Assembly (NCBI RefSeq): GCF_009914755.1 | Contig: NC_060934.1 | Strand: one strand, 5' to 3' | From: the human T2T-CHM13v2.0 reference genome, Homo sapiens | Length of the DNA: 64,000 nt | Part shown: positions 54,828-64,000 of the stretch, one piece after another | How positions within the stretch are numbered: the stretch's first letter is position 1 | Layout of the letters: each line of letters begins with the position of its first letter | Notes under the pieces: generated by a model | What the model was told of the DNA's origin: nothing | Databases searched by the model: none | What the model saw: only the letters and a program-made list of their open reading frames with translations | Made by a program: the position numbers and the translations under genes

Positions 54828-55887
54828 TCAAGAACTTTACACCTTCAAGAACAGGAAAAAGAGGAGCAAACAAAACCCAAAGCCAGCAGAAGACAAGAAG
54901 TAATAAAAATTAGAATAGAGATAAATGAAATAGAGAATTAAAAAAGAACAAAAAAAGGAAACTGATGAAGCCAAAAGATGATTCTTTGAAAATATTAATG
55001 AAATTGAAAAATCTTGAGCTATGTTGATCAATAAAAAAGAGAAGACTAAAATAAGTAAAATAAGAAATAAAAATGAAGATATTACAGCCAACTTTACAGA
55101 AATAAAAATGATTATAAGAGAATACAATGAACAATTTTATGACAACAAATTAGATGACCTAGATGAAATGAACAAATTTCTAGAATCATACAAACTACCA
55201 AAACTAACTCAGGAAGAAATAGAAAATCTGAATAAAACTTTAACAAGTAAAGATAATGAGTTAGTAATCAAAATATTCCAATAAAGAAAAGTGCAGGTTC
55301 GAATTGCTTCACTTGTGAATTCTATCAAACATTCAGAGAATAATTAACACCAAACCTTCTCAAACTATTCCAAAACATAGATGAGGAGAGAACATGTTCT
55401 AACTCAATCTAGAAAGGCAGCATAATTACCCTGATGCCAAAGTCAATACAGAAAAGAAAACTGCAAGTCAAAATCCCTTATAAGCATAGATGTAAACATA
55501 CACAACAAAATGCTAAGTAACCAAATCCAGCAGCATATTAAAAGGATGATTATGCATCATAACAAAGTGGATTTATTCCAGTGTGCTTCAACGTCAATCA
55601 GATTAAATTAATAGAATAAAGGGGGAAAATCCTACACGATCATCTCAATATATACAGAGAAAGCATTTGACAAAAATCAAACACCCTTTCTTGTCAAAAA
55701 CACACAACAAATTAGGAACAGAGGGACCATGATAAGGAGCATAAAAACCCCACAGATAACATCACACTTCATGGTGAAAGACTGTAAGTGCTCTCCCTAA
55801 TAATGAGACAAGGAGGTCTAATCTCATCACTTCTATTCAACATTATATTTGAAGTTCCACACTATTTTATCAGTAAGAACATAAATA

Positions 55888-56194
<307 letters not shown>

Positions 56195-56544
56195 TCAACA
56201 TCATTAGTCATTAGAAAATGCAAATCAAAATCACAGTGAGATACTATTGTCCCATCAAAATAGCTATAATATTTAAATTATACTATTTTTAATAAAATGG
56301 CAGAATAAATAAAGCCATAGAGATAGAAAGATTAATGTTCCCTACTAGAAACTAGCAGGAGCAGTGAATGAGGAGTAACTGGTAAGGAGTATGGATTTTT
56401 GGGTGGGAGTGATGAAAATCCTCTGGAATTTGATAGTGGTGACAGACAACTTTGTGAATATACTGACATCTACTGAGTTGGGCACTTTAAAGTAATTTAA
56501 ATGGTGAATTTTATGTTATGTAAATTTTATCTCAATTTTTTTAA

Positions 56545-57530
56545 AAAACATACAAACTATGGTCTCTGAACAAAATGGAATTAAATTAGAAATCAGTAAC
56601 AGAGAGATATTTGGAAGCTCTCCAAATGTTTGAAACTAAATAACATACTTGACATGGTTATGGGACAAAAAAATAAATCAAAAGTGAAATCGGAAATTAT
56701 TTTGAATTATATTAAAATGAAAACACAACATAACAAAATTTTTAGGTTACAGCCAAAGCAGTGCTTGTAGGGAACTTTATAGTGTCAAAATATCTATATC
56801 ATTAGAAAAGAAAATATTAAAGCAATGACATCAACTTTCTCCTCTTAAATAGCACTTCCTGGAAGAGGCCTTCCCTTATACCCTTTGGGCAGGAACTCTC
56901 CCTCACCTCCAGTTCTTCTCCATACATCAACCCAGTTCATGTTTTAGGAACCTACAGAAAGAAGAGCAAATTCAAATCAAAGTAAGCTGACTACAAGAAT
57001 TAATATAGATGAAAATAGAAATAAGTGAAATATAAAAAGAAAACAATATAAAAAACAAATGAAAGCAAAAGCACATTCTTTCAGAAGACCAGTAAAATTG
57101 ATAAACCTCTATTTAAAGTGATGAGGGAAAAAAGACACAACTTATCTATGTTAGGTATGGGTATGTGAGATAAATATACATTCTACAGATACTACGAGGA
57201 TAATAAGAAAATTTCATTTTTAACATTATATCCATTTTTTATTTAAAACTCTCAGAAAGCTAGGAATAAAAGGGAATTCTTCAATCTGATGGAGGTCATG
57301 TACAAAACATTTAGAGATAATTTCAGACATAACAGTGAAACAATGAGTGTTTTTTCTCTAAGATTAAGAACAAGGCAAGGATATCCTCTCTTATATTACT
57401 TCTAGTCCATTTTTACTGGAGGTTATAGCCTTCTAGCCAGAGCAAGAAAGCTAGAAAAAGGAAAAAAAAAAAAAAAAAAGGCATCTAGACAGAAAAGGAA
57501 GAGGTAGAATGTCATTATTTGCATACATAA
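56545..57530 (+). mobile_element. Outer old L1M ORF2 (right half)
   Basis: TCTCTGAACAAAATGGAATTAAATTAGAAATCAGTAAC, CAGCCAAAGCAGTGCTT, GAACAAGGCAAGGATATCC. Confidence 0.75.
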
Positions 57531-58029
57531 TTTATTTGCATACGTCCATTCCATTCCATATCCCAACCTGTCAGAGTTTAGTTATCTTTATTCTGCAGGC
57601 TGGGATCTGGGATGGAATGGAAGCTCTTCAGCCCCAAGGGCATCCTACAGACACAGTGCCTCTGCACAAGGCATGTACAACCCTAGGCCACAGTTACTAC
57701 GGAGGCCGGATACCGCTTTAGAAGATAATCTTTATCTAAGGATAAAACCTGCCTTAACAACTGGCTAATGAGCTTGAACCTGGAAAATCAGAGGTAAGAG
57801 AGAAATGGATAACAGGAAAGGAATTTGAATGGCAATAGCCGGAAACAAGGAAGAACCCTTGGACAGGTGAAGCAATGGCAGCTGAAAGAGGGCATGACAT
57901 GCTGAGTGAACACATTGGAAGAGACTGGAGCAAAATGATAGGACCACCCTGGGCCCCAGCTCTGGCTTTTACCATAGAGCTATTTGATCTTAGGCAATTA
58001 CTTTAAACTTTCCTTCTTGTCTGAGAAAT

Positions 58030-58260
58030 AGGAATGAACACACAACCTACTTCACCTGGCTGGCTCCCTCTTGTCATTCAGGTCTCCTCTTAAACATCAC
58101 TTTCTCAAAGAGGCCTTCCCTTATCCCCCTTCTGCAGGAAGCCTCCCCACCTCTCAGATCCTCTCCATCATATCAAATCAGTTCACTGTTTTTCATAGCA
58201 TTAACATAATCTGAAATTAATTTGTTTATGTATTTGTTTATCATCTGGGGTGGATCTTTG
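58030..58260 (+). mobile_element. L2 3' fragment
   Basis: TGGCTCCCTCTTGTCATTCAGGTCTC...AGAGGCCTTCCCT...TTTTCATAGCA. Confidence 0.7.
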
Positions 58261-58287
58261 AGGTGAGTTAATAAAGGTATTACTTAA

Positions 58288-58644
<357 letters not shown>

Positions 58645-59499
58645 AAGGTTGTTTTAAGGATGAAAAGGAATCATATGTGCAAAGCATTTAGCACAATACC
58701 TATGAGCTATAGTCAGTAATTGTTCTATAATAGCCATTATTATCATTATTCTTGTCACTGTTACCATGATTATTTATTATCACACTGTAGGTGCTCATTA
58801 AGGTGTTGGTTGAATTGAAGTGCTGAGCATTAGGCCAGGGAGGCAACATAGAGTAGTTTTGAATGGCCTGATGTGCTGGGCTCTGTGCTGGTAACACGGT
58901 CAAAGCCCTCAACCAGAGCAGCCCACTAGGAGGGTCAAACCAGAAAAAAGTCCCAACCTTGGACAACCAGACCACAGCTCCTGGCTAGATGCACAGCTGG
59001 CTGGCTGCACAGCTACCAGGTCTGAAACCCACCTCTGCAGTCCCTTTCTCGTCCCTCTTCATTGCCCTTCAGGAGGTCTCCTCCCCATCTGACCAGAATA
59101 ATGTATGTTATACCTGCACTGTATACAAATTTTTTTTTTGCAAACTTTTTTCATTTATGGTCCACTTTTTTCTTTCATCGATGAATACTAGTCCTTCTAT
59201 CCAATCTCATACCATCCCCGTGAGCAAGTCTAGTAGTGGGTTATATGGGAAAAGCTGCCTATGGTCATATCCCTTTGAATGGGTTGATTCACAGTCTAGC
59301 TTCTTGTTATGAAAATATAATCTGTGCTTGTAGCAACTCACCTTTTCCTTGCAGAAAATGGAACAAGTTCTCAAAGACAAAACTCTTCTAAGCAAACTTT
59401 GATTCATTTTTCTATGAGATCATGAGAAGAAGATGTGACAAAGAAAAACTGAGCTCCTGAGGGGATGGCAGAGTCCAGTGATGACAACTGATAAGGGCA

Positions 59500-59680
59500 G
59501 GTTCCAAAAGGGTGTGCCTGGTGTGTACCATGGTTCTGCCACTTACTAGCTAAAAGATATGAGATGAGTTTCTGAATGTCTCTGTGTCATTCATGGGTTG
59601 CTGTTAGGAATTAAATGAGTTACTGGATGTAAAATGAGTTGAGAGAATCTCGTACCTAGTAAGCATTTGATAAATGTCAG
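59500..59680 (+). mobile_element. MIR
   Basis: TCTGCCACTTACTAGCT...GGGTTGCTGTTAGGAATTAAATGAGTTA...TAGTAAGCATTTGATAAATG. Confidence 0.75.
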
Positions 59681-60944
59681 CCAAGAACAAAACAAAAGAA
59701 CAAGGCAGAAAAGAGACACAGCTGGAAACAAACACTGAGACAGGAAAAATACCAAGAGGTGTCAAGATGTGACAAATGGAAAGTTAGCCCAACAGAGGAA
59801 GTCAAGGTGTGTATTAGAAAGCTGCTAGCATCCGCCGGGACCTCAAACCCATGGAGAACACAATGTGGCACTATAGGACCCATTACCCATAAGAGGTCTG
59901 TTAGGAAATAAGGATATACCCTCCATGGGAAGGATGGGATTGAGATAAAGTTTGGGCTTCCAATTAGGCTTTGGTTCAAAGTCTTTTTTATGAGACTTGA
60001 GATGTCTTTAGCAAACATTTGGAATAAAGTCTGTATTTGAATTGCTATAAAACAGCACTTGCTCACCTTGGGTAATAGGAGGTCAAGATGGGGTTGGCTG
60101 GTACTAAATAATGTCAGAATGCTCATTTTGTTCTCCACATTGGCCCCTAACAACCACACATAGTCAGTTTGCCTTCCTGGCCTGTGGGGCACCACAGCCT
60201 CTGGCTGTCAATTAGGATGTGGCTATTCATTGTCCACTGATGACAACCACAAAAAACCTCCTATAGAGGTTTGTGCTAAGGGGCTTCCTCCTACAACCTA
60301 AATGCAAAAGGACACCACAGAACCCTCAGGTTTTAACCAATGTCCTCTTTACATACAAGAACCAGAAAGGTATTTAACCAGCCCAAGAAGAGGAATCTAT
60401 TAGAAAGTCATGGAACCCAAAGGCAAAAAGTGTAGCAGGTTTAGGGTCGAGAACCTGGGCCTATAGAGCTTCCAGAAACCAGGTCAGTGGTCTGCTCCCA
60501 GAACTGCCATTGCCCTTTCCACTCCTTCTAGGGGTATGTGTCTCTCATTTCCCACTCCCTGAAAATCTGCTCATCCTCCTTTCATTCTATGTACAGATGG
60601 GCTTTCTTGGCATCATTATTCACACAGTACGAATGGCAGCCCCAAAATGGTCACCTGGATCTGCTGGTTTACATATCCTAAATTCCTGGAAAATAGCCTA
60701 ATTCTTCCCAGGTGGATCAGATTTCCAACTTTGGTACAGAAAGCTGTGGCCATGATGTAGGGATCATATAGTATAACAATAGATACAGGGACCCAATCTG
60801 TGTTTGTGTGTGTACATAGTGGGAGTTGAGGAAGTTCTTAAAGAAAGGGGTATGGGTTTTGCAGGCTCCCAGACATGCCTTCCTACCAGAGGCTTTCTCT
60901 GGTAGGTCAGGAGAATGGATGAGCAAAGGATGGATTATAGACTG

Positions 60945-60948
60945 GTGT

Positions 60949-60988
<40 letters not shown>
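60945..60988. repeat. (TG)n microsatellite
   Basis: Read directly. Confidence 0.95.
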
Positions 60989-60993
<5 letters not shown>

Positions 60994-61064
60994 TGGTAAA
61001 TTGACTTCAAAGCTAAAACTCAGAACATGAGGTCCTAGATTAATTTATCATCACCATCAACATT

Positions 61065-61445
61065 TGGTCTAATTGACGTACTATATACTACACATATTTA
61101 AAGTATACGATTTGATAATTGTTGGTATTTGTATACACCTGTGAAACCATCCCCACAATCAAGATAGTGAACATATCCCTCATTACTAAATGTTTTCTCA
61201 TACCCGTTTGGTAATTTATGTTTGCTGCCCCTCCCTTCATCAAACTACTGATCTACTTTCTGTCCCCATGAATTCATTTGCATTTTCTGGAGTTTTATAG
61301 GATTGAACTATATTGAACTATATGGTAAATAATCTTTTTTGTCTGGCTTCTTTTACTCAGCATAATTAGGACACAACCTTATTGCTGCATGTATTAATCA
61401 TCTTTTTCTGTTTATTGCTGAGTCATAGTCCGTTGTGTGAATGCT
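61065..61445 (-). mobile_element. L1MC (MC1/2-like) 3' end
   Basis: CATATTTAAAGTATAC...TGTATACACCTGTGAAACCATC..CACAATCAAGATAGTGAACATATCC. Confidence 0.82.
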
Positions 61446-62149
61446 TTTTTAAACATTTTTTAAACAAAGCTTTTCAGAGTTCGCAGAAATAAAAAAAAAT
61501 GTTCACACTATGAACCCACAAAAGTATGTGGCAGGGTGGATCTTAGCAAAATTTGAAATAAACACTTCACTCAAGTTGCTACAAGTCGGCGGAGCTATTT
61601 ATGTTGGGTTTAGGCAAATGATTAGCAAAGAATATTGATAGCAGCAATTTCTAAGTAGTGTCCCATAACTGCCTTCTTGATACTCACTCAGCAAGAGACA
61701 GTATGTAACTTGTTCAGGGTCACAGAGTTTATAAGCAGTGGAGCCAGGATTGGAATCCAGGCAGAACTTGCCACGGTCGCCTAACTGGAATCACTGTCAC
61801 TGTTCACTGCTGCCAGTTACCTTCTTGAACCAGATCTAATGTCACTCCCTTGCTTGAAATCTGTGGACCACCCTCCCCACTCCCTCAATAGCCCAAGTCC
61901 AGGTTTCAATGCATTTATCCGTCTATTCATTATAAATCGACAAATAACAAGAAGCTCTAACATTTGTTTCAAAGCAATTTTACATACAATCTCTCAAAAA
62001 CCCTGGGACATAAGCAGGTGAGTCAACAGTTCTAAAAAGTTTCAATAGCTTGTGAAGAGGCAAGACAGCAAATGTTTGTTGCTGGGACCCAATTCCAGGC
62101 TGTAACTGCCTTGTTAGACATGTACCTTGAATACCTTGAGTGTCGGACA

Positions 62150-62445
62150 CATTTCTTCCTTGCTTATTCAGTGCTCAGAGCTTCCTGCCATGTTTCAGGA
62201 ATGTCAAGTTCTTTGATCTCTCTCTAATTTTGCAACTGCTGTTTCTTCTGCCAGGTATGCCCTGTACCCTGCTTAGTGAAGACACAAATCCTTCATGATT
62301 TAGCTCAAATGTCCCATCTCTTTTTGAACTCCCTTAACAACCTGTTAACATCCTCCATTACAGCACTGGCCACATTAGATTAAATGCATTTGCTTGCCTG
62401 ACTCTCTTTCCCAGTAGAGTGTGACTTCCTCTAGAACAGAGATTT
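62150..62445 (+). mobile_element. L2 3' fragment
   Basis: TGCTGTTTCTTCTGCC, TAGCTCAAATGTC, AGTAGAGTGTGA. Confidence 0.6.
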
Positions 62446-62699
62446 ATGAGTGGTGATCATGGCCTGAGTTAGAAATCTGGAACTGACTAGTGATGGAAGA
62501 TGGAGAAGAACAAGAAGGAATGTTTGAGAAATGCATGATTAATGGCTAAGGTGTGTTTCTAGTTCTTCCAGGATTCATGCAACACTGAACCAATGTTTAT
62601 TAAGAACTAGGCATAGTACTACAGGCAGAAATAAATGGTAGATAGGAAAAAAATAGTTGTGTGTTTATGTTTATGTATGTGAAGAGAGAGAGAAGAGGA

Positions 62700-62990
62700 G
62701 GCATAGTGTGTGTATACACATCTAGTACAAATATAGCAGGTTTGTACATGTTTACATATATAGTGTGTGTACATATAATGTGTACACATATATACTATAC
62801 AGTGTGCTTATATATGTGTGCATATATACAGCATATGTATATAGTGTTTAAATACATCTATGTGTACATATAATAGCATGTAGTCATAGAGTTTGTGTGT
62901 ATAGTGTGTACATATATAGCGTGTCTACATGTTACATGCATATGCACATATACATGGTGTATGTGAATATACATGCGTATACACATTGTG
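62700..62990. repeat. Degenerate (TA/TG/CA)n low-complexity tract
   Basis: Alternating purine-pyrimidine TATA/TGTG/CATA units. Confidence 0.8.
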
Positions 62991-63639
62991 CTTATTTACT
63001 AGAATGCAATGCAGTAGGACATTTATAGACTACATTAGGAGATGGTAGGGAGGATATTAATTATAAACAATACAGGTATTTTTTAGTAAAATGAGGAGCA
63101 CCTTGAGGCTTGCCTCCCTATTGTGGTGAAAGAAGAGCCATTGAAGAGAGAAGGAACAGCTGGAGAATGAGGATGGAAAGGAGTTGAGAGAAACCTCACT
63201 AAAGCAAAGCAAGAACCACATTCCAAGATGAGCTGGTTTGTAAATAAAATTCCTCTAAAAAAAAAAAAGAAGAAGAAGAAAAGAAAGCCAAGGAAATGGA
63301 ACACCAAGCAGGGAAAAGTCACTGGATTTGAGAATTAGGAAATTAGTAGGCAACCCAGAGCAAAAGTTTCCAGAGGAATGGGAGTAGAATGACTCAGAGG
63401 TAAAGAAGTAGAATCAAACAAACATAGACTTCTTTCTCTTTATAAAACTTTTGCCTTGAAAGGATGGTGGGAGAAGTAGCTTGTGATGGAAGCAGAACCA
63501 ACAACTTGGCTTTATTTGATTCCCCGGAATATGAGCGAGCACAAGCATGTTTGTGAACAAAAAGCTTTGACCATTCTGAACTGCAGTCCTAGCACTCACA
63601 CTGGGAAGCATCAGTCACAGCAAACACGACTACAGCCAG

Positions 63640-63830
63640 GATTTCGGATTCATCTAGCACTTTGCGTCTAGTAACTCAAAAATCCCTCACAACAACTCAG
63701 CAAGGAACAGTCTATGATCAACAGATAAGGAAGCTAAGGCAGAGAGGTTAAGTACCTTATCCAAAGCCACTCAGCTAGTAAGTCCCAGAACCCAGATTCC
63801 CACCCAGGTAATCTGGCTGCAATAGTTGCG
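63640..63830 (-). mobile_element. MIR
   Basis: CCTCACAACAAC...ACAGATAAGGAAGCTAAGGCAGAGAGGTTAAGT...CAGCTAGTAAGT. Confidence 0.8.
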
Positions 63831-64000
63831 TTTGTAGCACAGGTGCAATGAAGGATGCAGAAAACAGTCCTTGACCTGCCTCCTGCTCTCCCAGGGCTTG
63901 CTTAGACTGGCCTTGCTCTACCTCCCCTGGCTTTCTCCCCTACCCAGGCAGAGGCTTTGGCAGCCATGTGGAAGTGAAGTAGTGGGCCAGGGTAACACTG

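Noticed and set aside
59677-60195. 172-aa minus-strand ORF
   Set aside because: No recognisable domain, non-ATG start, composition typical of a chance non-coding ORF.
60330-60790. Possible old MLT1 (K/L-type) LTR
   Set aside because: Similarity too weak to support without an HMM search.

Overview
Primate (very probably human) non-coding genomic DNA, intronic or intergenic, AT-rich and CpG-poor, with no CpG island. It is dominated by interspersed repeats: 13 Alus (J, S and Y types), L1PA/L1PB/L1M LINEs, L2, L3/CR1, many MIRs, LTRs (MLT1, MLT2, LTR54), DNA transposons (MADE1, MER5, MER82, MER91, MER103) and microsatellites. I cannot support any protein-coding exon; the ORF track is explained by Alu, L1 ORF2, CR1, low-complexity or chance ORFs. 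The first ~690 bp look like the 3' end of a retrocopied mRNA (parent not identified). I found no convincing new biological system. The most notable unexplained structure is a recurring set of local templated-copy and fold-back scars. Three segments of 60-110 bp match sequence 1-1.6 kb away (11295 vs 12914, 52311 vs 53315, 56838 vs 58083), and there are several snap-back palindromes (22046, 45685, 57545). There is also a multi-level nested transposon stack at 48.4-57.5 kb and a CpG/motif-dense candidate enhancer at ~23.7 kb. Repeat names come from recalled consensus sequences, not a RepeatMasker run, and boundaries of old repeats are approximate.
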